Assembly (NCBI GenBank): GCA_964563385.1
Contig: CAZLVV010000002.1
Coordinates: 154-64,153, forward strand
Direction: 5' to 3'
Length of the DNA: 64,000 nt
Origin: an uncultured Gammaproteobacteria bacterium
GTDB taxonomy: Bacteria > Patescibacteriota > Patescibacteriia > 2-12-FULL-60-25
Below are positions 26,453 to 35,754 of the stretch, one piece after another. Made by a program: the position numbers and the translations under genes. The first letter of the stretch is position 1. Each line of letters opens with the position of its first letter. Under the pieces are notes generated by a model. That model ran no database searches. It was given only the letters and a program-made list of their open reading frames with translations, and was not told the origin of the DNA.

Positions 26453-29400
26453 TTAAAAACTTACTGTTCTTGGCCCAAGTATATCCTCAATTTGCTTGGT
26501 TACTTCTGGAGTAATATTAATTAACGCCGATGATCTAACTCTCCTTTGTCCATCAGCGCCATCAATTATAAAATCAACCTTCATTCCGCCTGGATTAGCA
26601 TCAAAAATTTTTTTCAATACCATAATAGTTGTTTCCGGTAAAATTGATCCCACTTTCAAAGATACAACAGTGGCTTTTTCTTTTTCCACCTCTTTAAAAT
26701 CTTCAATATTTTGAACATTGGTTCTTATTAAATCAGCGGATTCTGCGATTAATTCATCAATATTTTGATCCGTAATTACAAAAGCCGTCTCCGCCAAAAT
26801 TTTCATTTTACCCGCATCTTCTGATGGTCTTCCTGCTATCATTACAATATTTTCAGCCTCCCAACAATTAAAAGTTTCTTGCAAAACACGCGGGAACACA
26901 ATTACCTCCACATCCATTTCGCCATCTTCCAATCTACAAAATAACATGGGTTCGTTTTTCTTTTTAGTATAAATACGTTTAACCGAAGCAATAATGCCCG
27001 CAATCCTTACACGTTTTTCCTGCTTATACATTTTTAACTCTGAAAGTCGTAAAACCGAATCTCCTAATTTTTTAGCAACTTCTCTGAAAGGATGCTCCGA
27101 AACATACAATCCCAACAATTCTTTTTCCCAAGCCAACATATCTCTTTGTCTTAACTTTGGCGCTGGTGCTAAAGTTAATATCGTTTTTTGCGTCTCCATG
27201 GTTTGAGCAAATAAATTAAATTGTCCGCTAGCCTGTTCTCGCTCATTTTGTTTATGATAATCCAACAAACGTTCAATATTGTAAAACAGGTCTCCTCTAT
27301 TTCCAAAGCTATCCAAGGCGCCGGATCGAATCAATGATTCTAAAGATTTTTTATTAATGTATTTTCCTCGTATTCTAATCAAAAAATCAGCCAAATCAAC
27401 AAACTTGCCATTGGTTTTACGTTCTTTAATTATTTCATCCACCACATCATTACCCAAGCCTTTAATTGCCAATAATCCAAATCTAATAATGCTCCGCGCG
27501 CCATTCTTTCTTTCAGTAGGATGTTGAATTGAATCTTTAACCACTGAAAATCCAGCAAAAGATTCATTAATATCTGGCGGTAAAACCGTAATCCCCATTC
27601 TCCGACACTCTTCAACTTCAATAGTGATACGATCCAAATTCATGCAATCCGAATTTAATAAAGCTGCCATAAACGCCTCCGGATAATGAGCTTTCAAATA
27701 TGCTGTTTGATAAGCAATATAAGCATAACAAGCCGCATGTGATTTATTGAATCCATAAGCCGCAAATTCTTCAAACTGCGCAAAAACTTGCTCTGCTTTT
27801 TCTTGCGGTACGCCATTTCTAACCGATCCTTCAATAAACTTAGCGCGCATTTTTACCATCAATTCCGCTATCTTTTTACCCATCGCTTTACGCAATGTAT
27901 CAGCTTCTCCTCCAGTAAAACCAGCCATATCTTTACTAACTTGCATGACTTGCTCTTGATAAACCGGAATACCATAAGTTTGCGCCAAAGCGTTTTCTGT
28001 TAACGGATGAATATATTGAATTTTTTCTTTACCATGTTTACGAGCTATAAAAGAATCAATAAATTGCATGGGGCCCGGGCGATAAAGCGCCACCATGGCA
28101 ATGATATCATCAATCTTCGATGGTCGAAGCTCACGTATATATCTCTTCATGCCATCTGATTCTAATTGAAAAACGCCCGTTGTTTCCGCTTTACTTAATA
28201 ATTCATAAGTTAATTCATCATCCAAGGGAATATTATCAATTACAATTTTATCCCCATGAACAGCCTCGATAATTTCTAAGGCCTCACGAATAATTGTTAA
28301 ATTTGATAAGCCCAAAAAATCCATCTTCAAAAGCCCAACAGCTTCAGCTGGATGTAAAGAATATTGAATCACTTGCTCAACGTCCCCGCCTTGAGCTTTT
28401 TGCAAAGGCGCGTATTTGGACAAGGATTTTGGCGCAATAACAATTCCGCAAGCGTGTTGACTAGCATGTCTGGCTGTACCCTCAAGTTTAGAAGCCAAGT
28501 CCAATAATTGAGTTATCTTTGGATCGCTTTCATCCAAGCTTTTAAGCTCCGGATTCTCGACCCTGGATTTGGCTATTGGAATATTCTTGCCTTGTACTGG
28601 CGGAGGTATTGCTTTAGCAACCTTATCAACCTCTTGAAAAGTCCAACCCAATACGCGACCCACATCGCGCACCGCCGCCCTTGCCGCCATTGTCCCAAAA
28701 GTAATTATGCCCGCAACTCTATCCGCGCCATATTTTTCCGTTACATATTGAATAACATCTTTACGCTTTATATCATCAAAATCCATGTCCACATCAGGCA
28801 TGCTAATACGATCCGGATTCAAAAATCTCTCAAAAAGCAAACCGTATTTCAAAGGATCCAAATTAGTAATTTTGAGCGCGTAAGCAATAATCGAACCAGC
28901 CGCCGACCCACGCCCCGGGCCAACAATAACTCCATTTTTTTTAGCCCAAACCACATAATCATTCACAATCAAAAAGTATCCCGGAAAATCCATTTTTTCA
29001 ATAACAGAAAGTTCGTATTCCATTCGTTCCAAAACTTCTTGTGTAACCGAATCTCCATATCTTTCTTTTATGCCTTCAAAAGTTATTTTTCGCAAATAAC
29101 TCATTTCCGTTTCACCTTCAGGGACCGGAAAAGTTGGCAACAGATTCTTGCCTAGTTCTATTGTAACATTGCATCTATCTGCGATTTTTCGCGTATTCGC
29201 AATAGCTTCAGGAACCTCGCTAAAAGCCATGACCATTTCATCTGCTTTGGTTAATGAATGATCCATATTACGAATAGAAAAACGATTTGTATCCGCTAAT
29301 AATTTACCGGCATGAATGCACTGTAAAGCATCTTGCGCTTCCGCGTCTTCTGGATTCAAATAATGCGAATCTCTTGTTGCAACCAAAGGCGCGCCTGTTT

Positions 29401-30070
29401 TTTGCGCCAACTTGATAATATTATTGTTAATATGAATTTGTGTCGGTGAATCCGGATGATATACCAATTCCAAAAAGAAATTATCAATCCCAAAAATATC
29501 CTGATACTCTCTTAAAACTTTTTCGGCTTTTTCCAAATCACCTTCATTACAAGCTTTAGGAATCTCGCCCTTCATGCAACCTGATAAGGCTATTATTCCT
29601 TCGTGATATTTTCTCAAATATTCTTTATCCATTCTTGCTTTATAATAAAAACCTTCCAAATAAGAAATGGAAACCAGTTGCAATAAATTTTGATAACCAG
29701 TAAAATTCTCTGCCAACAATGTTATGTGATAAGTCCAATCATCTATGCGCGCTCTTTTATCGTGCAAAGAATTGGGAGCCAAATCCGCTTCAACACCTAT
29801 AATCGCTTTTAATCCTTCTTTTTGACAAAATTCATAAAAATCCACGATTCCGTATAATCCTCGATGATCCGTCAAAGCTATCGCGTCATATCCCATGCTT
29901 TTAGCTTTAGCCACTATCTGCTTGGGGGTGGACAATGCATCAGATAATGAATACATGGAATGCACATGCAGATGCACAAACGGGCTCTTGCCATCATTAT
30001 TCGTCTCGCATTCCGCGCCTTGCGTCGTTGAGCTAGAATTTTTAATCTTTAATTCTTGATTATTGGTCAT
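26453..30070 (-). CDS. dnaE: DNA polymerase III alpha subunit
   Basis: 1205 aa. PHP domain FVHLHVHSMYSLSDA, polymerase core (GPGRGSAAGS, PDVDMDF), OB-fold and C-terminal region. Confidence 0.95.
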   Translation of the reverse strand: MTNNQELKIKNSSSTTQGAECETNNDGKSPFVHLHVHSMYSLSDALSTPKQIVAKAKSMGYDAIALTDHRGLYGIVDFYEFCQKEGLKAIIGVEADLAPNSLHDKRARIDDWTYHITLLAENFTGYQNLLQLVSISYLEGFYYKARMDKEYLRKYHEGIIALSGCMKGEIPKACNEGDLEKAEKVLREYQDIFGIDNFFLELVYHPDSPTQIHINNNIIKLAQKTGAPLVATRDSHYLNPEDAEAQDALQCIHAGKLLADTNRFSIRNMDHSLTKADEMVMAFSEVPEAIANTRKIADRCNVTIELGKNLLPTFPVPEGETEMSYLRKITFEGIKERYGDSVTQEVLERMEYELSVIEKMDFPGYFLIVNDYVVWAKKNGVIVGPGRGSAAGSIIAYALKITNLDPLKYGLLFERFLNPDRISMPDVDMDFDDIKRKDVIQYVTEKYGADRVAGIITFGTMAARAAVRDVGRVLGWTFQEVDKVAKAIPPPVQGKNIPIAKSRVENPELKSLDESDPKITQLLDLASKLEGTARHASQHACGIVIAPKSLSKYAPLQKAQGGDVEQVIQYSLHPAEAVGLLKMDFLGLSNLTIIREALEIIEAVHGDKIVIDNIPLDDELTYELLSKAETTGVFQLESDGMKRYIRELRPSKIDDIIAMVALYRPGPMQFIDSFIARKHGKEKIQYIHPLTENALAQTYGIPVYQEQVMQVSKDMAGFTGGEADTLRKAMGKKIAELMVKMRAKFIEGSVRNGVPQEKAEQVFAQFEEFAAYGFNKSHAACYAYIAYQTAYLKAHYPEAFMAALLNSDCMNLDRITIEVEECRRMGITVLPPDINESFAGFSVVKDSIQHPTERKNGARSIIRFGLLAIKGLGNDVVDEIIKERKTNGKFVDLADFLIRIRGKYINKKSLESLIRSGALDSFGNRGDLFYNIERLLDYHKQNEREQASGQFNLFAQTMETQKTILTLAPAPKLRQRDMLAWEKELLGLYVSEHPFREVAKKLGDSVLRLSELKMYKQEKRVRIAGIIASVKRIYTKKKNEPMLFCRLEDGEMDVEVIVFPRVLQETFNCWEAENIVMIAGRPSEDAGKMKILAETAFVITDQNIDELIAESADLIRTNVQNIEDFKEVEKEKATVVSLKVGSILPETTIMVLKKIFDANPGGMKVDFIIDGADGQRRVRSSALINITPEVTKQIEDILGPRTVSF

Positions 30071-30196
30071 ATCTACGTATTCGGCTGACGGCCTAAAGCC
30101 TGCCTTAATACTTAAATTTTACTTACATCACATCTTACTTACCTAATCAAAAAACGTCCACTTTGAACGTTTAGACTTTGTAATTATGGCTAAAAA

Positions 30197-30502
30197 CTAT
30201 GATTTTCTTTTTATTTTCTTTTTTTCTCCTGATCTAAATTCATTAAGCAACCCAGTAATTTTTGTTGCTCCTTTTGCCATTCCAGCGACATTGCCAATAA
30301 TCATTCCAAATTTTTCTTTAAAATGCGTAAAATCTTCCTCAATTTCAGCTACAATATCGCGAATATGTAAAACAACATCATTGCTTTGACGCACAAGACG
30401 AGCAATTTCAAACAACACCCAACCCATAAGGATTAAAACTATAAACAACCCTGTTCCAAAACATAGCCAAAAAAATGCTTGCGCGGTTTGTAAATCTATC
30501 AT
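30197..30502 (-). CDS. small membrane protein (N-terminal TM plus charged helical tail)
   Basis: 101-aa ORF. TM FFWLCFGTGLFIVLILMGWVLF and a K-rich C-terminus. Family uncertain. Confidence 0.5.
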   Translation of the reverse strand: MIDLQTAQAFFWLCFGTGLFIVLILMGWVLFEIARLVRQSNDVVLHIRDIVAEIEEDFTHFKEKFGMIIGNVAGMAKGATKITGLLNEFRSGEKKKIKRKS

Positions 30503-30638
30503 ACTAATTTAATTATAACATGTCTCGCCATGAACAACAAAATTTACGAGTAACAAACTTGCCAAACAAACAAAATAAGCATATAGTAAATAAATAATTA
30601 TTAAACACGAATATAATTTTTAATTTTTCTTTATTTAT

Positions 30639-30914
30639 ATGTTAAGTGATATCCCCAAAAAACTAGCGGGCTTAAACCCTGAACAAATTGATCAAGAAAT
30701 TTGTCGAGCCGGGCTAATGGCCGAACTTGACGCCATTAACCTCTACGAACAAATGTCGGCATTAGCTCAAGATCCTAAACTCAAAGAAATGTTAGCTGAT
30801 ATTGCCAGAGAAGAAAAAACCCACGTGGGCGAATTTCAAACTCTTTTGCTCCAAAAAGACGCGGAACAAGTTACAGAAATGGAGCATGGTAAAAAAGAAG
30901 TGGAAGAGATGTAA
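30639..30914 (+). CDS. small ferritin-like / rubrerythrin-type four-helix protein (EncFtn-like motifs)
   Basis: 91 aa. E-x-x-x-x-x-Y (MAELDAINLYEQM) and EEKTH (IAREEKTHVGEF) di-iron-type ligand pattern. A terminator follows. Confidence 0.6.
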   Translation: MLSDIPKKLAGLNPEQIDQEICRAGLMAELDAINLYEQMSALAQDPKLKEMLADIAREEKTHVGEFQTLLLQKDAEQVTEMEHGKKEVEEM

Positions 30915-30944
30915 CCTGAACAATAGAATAATAGTAAAATAAAA

Positions 30945-30973
30945 AATCAAAGCAATTCGCTTTGATTTTTTTT
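30945..30973 (+). terminator. rho-independent terminator after the ferritin-like gene
   Basis: AATCAAAGC-AATTC-GCTTTGATT followed by T6. It abuts the degenerate terminal CRISPR repeat. Confidence 0.65.
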
Positions 30974-30974
30974 A

Positions 30975-33900
30975 TTAACACTAAGTAGAAATTTAATAAA
31001 GCTATTTAACATCTAAATTATGAGATAGCTATGTTATATCTGCAAAAGTAGAAATTTAATAAAGCTATTTAACATCTAAATTATGAGATAGCTATGTTAT
31101 ATCTGCAAAAGTAGAAATTTAATAAAGCTATTTAACTTTTGCCGCTGGAATAGCATCCGAAATCTACAAAAGTAGAAATTTAATAAAGCTATTTAACCAT
31201 GAGTTACTCGTTAAGGAGTAATTATCTACAAAAGTAGAAATTTAATAAAGCTATTTAACATCTAAATTATGAGATAGCTATGTTATATCTGCAAAAGTAG
31301 AAATTTAATAAAGCTATTTAACTTTTGCCGCTGGAATAGCATCCGAAATCTACAAAAGTAGAAATTTAATAAAGCTATTTAACCATGAGTTACTCGTTAA
31401 GGAGTAATTATCTACAAAAGTAGAAATTTAATAAAGCTATTTAACGTGGTATCCCCCCCCTATGTCTCTCATCTACAAAAGTAGAAATTTAATAAAGCTA
31501 TTTAACAAAAAGTTTTTGGTGGGGCAATTGTATCTACAAAAGTAGAAATTTAATAAAGCTATTTAACGACTGTTTCCGGCTCCTACATTTGAATCTACAA
31601 AAGTAGAAATTTAATAAAGCTATTTAACTAGTTGATTTAATCAAAACTATTGAAATCTACAAAAGTAGAAATTTAATAAAGCTATTTAACTTCATCATGA
31701 ATCAACCAATCGGCGATCTACAAAAGTAGAAATTTAATAAAGCTATTTAACTTGAAACAGGAGAAACGAAAGTCAGATCTACAAAAGTAGAAATTTAATA
31801 AAGCTATTTAACTAATGTTAATCCGCAAGACTTATTGGATCTACAAAAGTAGAAATTTAATAAAGCTATTTAACTTGTTTTGGCTGATGGTATGTCGTTT
31901 ATCTACAAAAGTAGAAATTTAATAAAGCTATTTAACAACAAATACGGAAAAATATGAAAGAATCTACAAAAGTAGAAATTTAATAAAGCTATTTAACAAC
32001 TTCTACTGACAACAACTTAGAGATCTACAAAAGTAGAAATTTAATAAAGCTATTTAACAACGGAAGTTCCATTTTGTTTTCATATCTACAAAAGTAGAAA
32101 TTTAATAAAGCTATTTAACGAGATTGAGACCTCTTCTAAACCGAATCTACAAAAGTAGAAATTTAATAAAGCTATTTAACAAACAGGAACACATCCAAAC
32201 AACTAATCTACAAAAGTAGAAATTTAATAAAGCTATTTAACTAAACATAAAAGAAATAAGAATAAAAATCTACAAAAGTAGAAATTTAATAAAGCTATTT
32301 AACTTAAAATTGGCTCATACACCTGATACATCTACAAAAGTAGAAATTTAATAAAGCTATTTAACATGTATGTAAGTCCGCTTGTGCATTATATCTACAA
32401 AAGTAGAAATTTAATAAAGCTATTTAACCATTGTTGCATTCTCTAATCCGACACAATCTACAAAAGTAGAAATTTAATAAAGCTATTTAACAGCGACGCG
32501 ACGATCAAAACACTAAAATCTACAAAAGTAGAAATTTAATAAAGCTATTTAACAGCATTAGCTCAAAAACAAACATTCAAATCTACAAAAGTAGAAATTT
32601 AATAAAGCTATTTAACTTTTTTTGTATATTTTTTCATATAGATCTACAAAAGTAGAAATTTAATAAAGCTATTTAACTCCTGTAAAAGCTCTTTACCCCT
32701 ATCATCTACAAAAGTAGAAATTTAATAAAGCTATTTAACTTTAGCTATTCTTGCTGTTGTTGGTATCTACAAAAGTAGAAATTTAATAAAGCTATTTAAC
32801 ATTAACTAATGCAAAAAAAGATTTAATCTACAAAAGTAGAAATTTAATAAAGCTATTTAACCGATGTCGGTTGAGCAAATGTTCAAATCTACAAAAGTAG
32901 AAATTTAATAAAGCTATTTAACTGAGGTGTTTTTAGTTAGACGGAATGGATCTACAAAAGTAGAAATTTAATAAAGCTATTTAACACCAAATAAAACAAA
33001 ATTTAGAATTATCTACAAAAGTAGAAATTTAATAAAGCTATTTAACTTGTGCAGTCTCAAGTAAAGTATCTTGATCTACAAAAGTAGAAATTTAATAAAG
33101 CTATTTAACAGGAGTGCTTCAACTTACGATGTTGATCTACAAAAGTAGAAATTTAATAAAGCTATTTAACCACAATGTTAGATTTAAGATTCATATATCT
33201 ACAAAAGTAGAAATTTAATAAAGCTATTTAACATTCAATTTGAAGGAAGAGAATATTATCTACAAAAGTAGAAATTTAATAAAGCTATTTAACAAAATAA
33301 AAGAAAAACAAATTCCAAATCTACAAAAGTAGAAATTTAATAAAGCTATTTAACAGATCGGACTGCTAGGTGGGTGCAGATCTACAAAAGTAGAAATTTA
33401 ATAAAGCTATTTAACAAAGAAAGACGCTAGAAAAGTTATTATCTACAAAAGTAGAAATTTAATAAAGCTATTTAACTAGACGCCTATAGGTACCACCGCA
33501 GATCTACAAAAGTAGAAATTTAATAAAGCTATTTAACCACCCACCTGGCTGTCCTGTCTTCGATCTACAAAAGTAGAAATTTAATAAAGCTATTTAACTG
33601 AAAGCTATTGCGCGGACTCGCAAATCTACAAAAGTAGAAATTTAATAAAGCTATTTAACTTTATATTAGTCCTTACCTTACGGCAAATCTACAAAAGTAG
33701 AAATTTAATAAAGCTATTTAACGACAGGGCAAATAATTTAGTTTCTCTATCTACAAAAGTAGAAATTTAATAAAGCTATTTAACCTGTGGCTTTAAGCGT
33801 TGCATACGTAATCTACAAAAGTAGAAATTTAATAAAGCTATTTAACAATAATTTGGTTCTGAACGCCGATGTATCTACAAAAGTAGAAATTTAATAAAGC

Positions 33901-34339
33901 TATTTAACATGGTGTTAGCTCTAACACTGGCTGTATCTACAAAAGTAGAAATTTAATAAAGCTATTTAACTATTCCTCAATAATCCTCTGGCTTGGATCT
34001 ACAAAAGTAGAAATTTAATAAAGCTATTTAACACCACATCCGCTACGTCCTCGAGAAATCTACAAAAGTAGAAATTTAATAAAGCTATTTAACTATCTTC
34101 CGGCGTTTCCGGCGTATTATCTACAAAAGTAGAAATTTAATAAAGCTATTTAACAAACACAAACGGTAAGAGGCAGTTTAATCTACAAAAGTAGAAATTT
34201 AATAAAGCTATTTAACACGTGGAGGATGTTATTGGTGATCCGATCTACAAAAGTAGAAATTTAATAAAGCTATTTAACGTATCGTTTTTCCAAGTTGGCG
34301 GAAATCTACAAAAGTAGAAATTTAATAAAGCTATTTAAC
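30975..34339 (-). CRISPR. CRISPR array: 55 x 36-nt repeats, 54 spacers (25-27 nt, 50 unique), type V-A repeat
   Basis: Every unit was enumerated by hand. The plus-strand repeat is ATCTACAAAAGTAGAAATTTAATAAAGCTATTTAAC. Its reverse complement is GTTAAATAGCTTTATTAAATTTCTACTTTTGTAGAT, ending in the Cas12a handle. First repeat 30975-31010 is degenerate. Last repeat 34304-34339 adjoins the leader and cas2. Confidence 0.97.
31074..31445. repeat. 2 x 186-bp tandem duplication of a three-spacer block inside the array
   Basis: Units 31074-31259 and 31260-31445 have the same order: spacer A (27 nt), variant repeat, spacer B (25 nt), repeat, spacer C (26 nt), repeat. A third copy of spacer A lies at 31011-31037. 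Confidence 0.95.
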
Positions 34340-34502
34340 TCTTGGATTCGCTTTATTAAGCAAAAAAGATACAAATAATCCAAGATTTAGAATTACGACT
34401 TTTAGCTTAATAAAGCGAATTTTAAAAAATTAAGACCAAGGTTTTGCATTTTTTAAAATAGTTTTACAGAATTTATACTTTTAAATTGTCAAAGTGCTTA
34501 TA
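34340..34502 (-). promoter_or_regulatory. CRISPR leader (AT-rich, between cas2 stop and first repeat)
   Basis: 163 bp. A TTGACA hexamer lies on the minus strand at 34487-34492. A 16-bp perfect inverted repeat ATTCGCTTTATTAAGC (34346-34361) / GCTTAATAAAGCGAAT (34405-34420) is present. No ORF. Confidence 0.6.
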
Positions 34503-34784
34503 TCAACCTATACATATTAAATCCGATTCTTCATGTTTAGCATAACCATAACGCTTTATCTTCTTTTTACAACCTTCACATACCTGAAAAATAACTATAC
34601 TATCCGCTCCTGTAAATTCTTTTTTATATCTCAATTCTACCTCAGTGAGAATATTTTGCAATACCCGCGCGCTATCTTTAATCTCCCAAACAGAGTATTG
34701 AATTCTATTACCCCATTTTTCTAAAAATCTCGCAAATCTCGCGCGTGTTTTATTATTCTCAAAATCATAAGAAACTATAAGCAT
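34503..34784 (-). CDS. cas2: CRISPR-associated endoribonuclease Cas2
   Basis: 93 aa. MLIVSYDF...ARFARFLEKWGNRIQYSVWE is a ferredoxin-like Cas2 pattern. It starts 1 nt downstream of the cas1 stop. Confidence 0.9.
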   Translation of the reverse strand: MLIVSYDFENNKTRARFARFLEKWGNRIQYSVWEIKDSARVLQNILTEVELRYKKEFTGADSIVIFQVCEGCKKKIKRYGYAKHEESDLICIG

Positions 34785-34785
34785 A

Positions 34786-35754
34786 CTATCTTATTACAAA
34801 ATCTCGTAACTCATTCTCATTATTAAGAATATAATAATAATGATCGCGTATATAATTATAAATTTCCATTTTATTTTTTAATATGGCTTCTAAAAAAATT
34901 TTCGAATATTTTACATTTTTTTTATAGGAAAGATAATATTGACCTTTAATAACTCCAAAATCTTTAGAATCAAACCTGCCTAAATTATGCATTTTAATTA
35001 ACTCTTTATCTATAATGCATCTAAAAGGCTCCATCATATCGCACGCTAAAGATTTTCTTTGGAAGAATAATTTATGATATATGCCTTTATAAGTATCAAA
35101 ACCATACAGTCGCAAGATAGAATCTACAAAATTAAACAAATAAGTATACCCCATGTCTAACAAAATATTATTTTCATCAATTTTCCCTCGCGGTATACGA
35201 CGATGCCAATTTATTTGCTTAAAATAAGTTTGAAAAAAATCTTTCGAAACCGCGCCTTCAATACCACGCAATGATGCAAAATCTTTTGCTTTTTCAATTT
35301 GACTTATAACTGATTTTTTATAAATTGTTCTACTTTCTTCATTAATCGTATCAATCTCCGCTCCTCTTAAAAGAGCCAATTGATTGCTTATTTTATTGCT
35401 TACTATATGTTTAGCAATTATTAAAGCCCGTTCTTCATCCATTGTATACTGCTTAGCGCGTAATAAATAATTCCCTTCTGCATAAGAATTGATAGTCGCA
35501 TATATTTCCAAATTTTGCTTTAATAAAAATACCGAAGCGCCAACTTTATTTAATTTTTGTAATATTTTACTTGTAATTGTTACATCACCAACAACAAATA
35601 CGGCTAACAGTTTGTTTACTGGTATTTTATTTATAGTAACGCCTTCACTCTGGATAAAAACATTTTCATTACGCAAACTTAAATTACACTTTGGTAATTC
35701 CGAAGCTTCTAGAAAAAAAATTTGTTTTTCTTTAAAGTCAGGCGCTTGTATCAT
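34786..35754 (-). CDS. cas1: CRISPR-associated endonuclease Cas1
   Basis: 322 aa. Conserved C-terminal core LRGIEG...NILLDMGYTYLF...GIYHKLFFQRKSLACDMMEPFRCIIDK (E/H/D metal site pattern). Confidence 0.92.
   Translation of the reverse strand: MIQAPDFKEKQIFFLEASELPKCNLSLRNENVFIQSEGVTINKIPVNKLLAVFVVGDVTITSKILQKLNKVGASVFLLKQNLEIYATINSYAEGNYLLRAKQYTMDEERALIIAKHIVSNKISNQLALLRGAEIDTINEESRTIYKKSVISQIEKAKDFASLRGIEGAVSKDFFQTYFKQINWHRRIPRGKIDENNILLDMGYTYLFNFVDSILRLYGFDTYKGIYHKLFFQRKSLACDMMEPFRCIIDKELIKMHNLGRFDSKDFGVIKGQYYLSYKKNVKYSKIFLEAILKNKMEIYNYIRDHYYYILNNENELRDFVIR

Noticed and set aside
28508-29155. 215-aa plus-strand ORF
   Set aside because: It lies entirely inside dnaE on the opposite strand. 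Its composition is low-complexity, rich in I/F/N/R, typical of antisense AT-rich coding sequence.
30761-30775. Possible self-target: spacer AGCATTAGCTCAAAAACAAACATTCAA (32554-32580) against the ferritin-like gene
   Set aside because: Only about 12 contiguous nucleotides (GCATTAGCTCAA) match, which is well below a functional protospacer. A full computational self-target search is still needed.
34346-34420. Leader inverted repeat considered as a tracrRNA anti-repeat
   Set aside because: Complementarity to the CRISPR repeat is only about 10 nt (TTAATAAAGC/GCTTTATTAA), far short of a tracrRNA duplex. The repeat itself folds into the Cas12a handle, which works without a tracrRNA. The element is kept as a leader-structure finding only.
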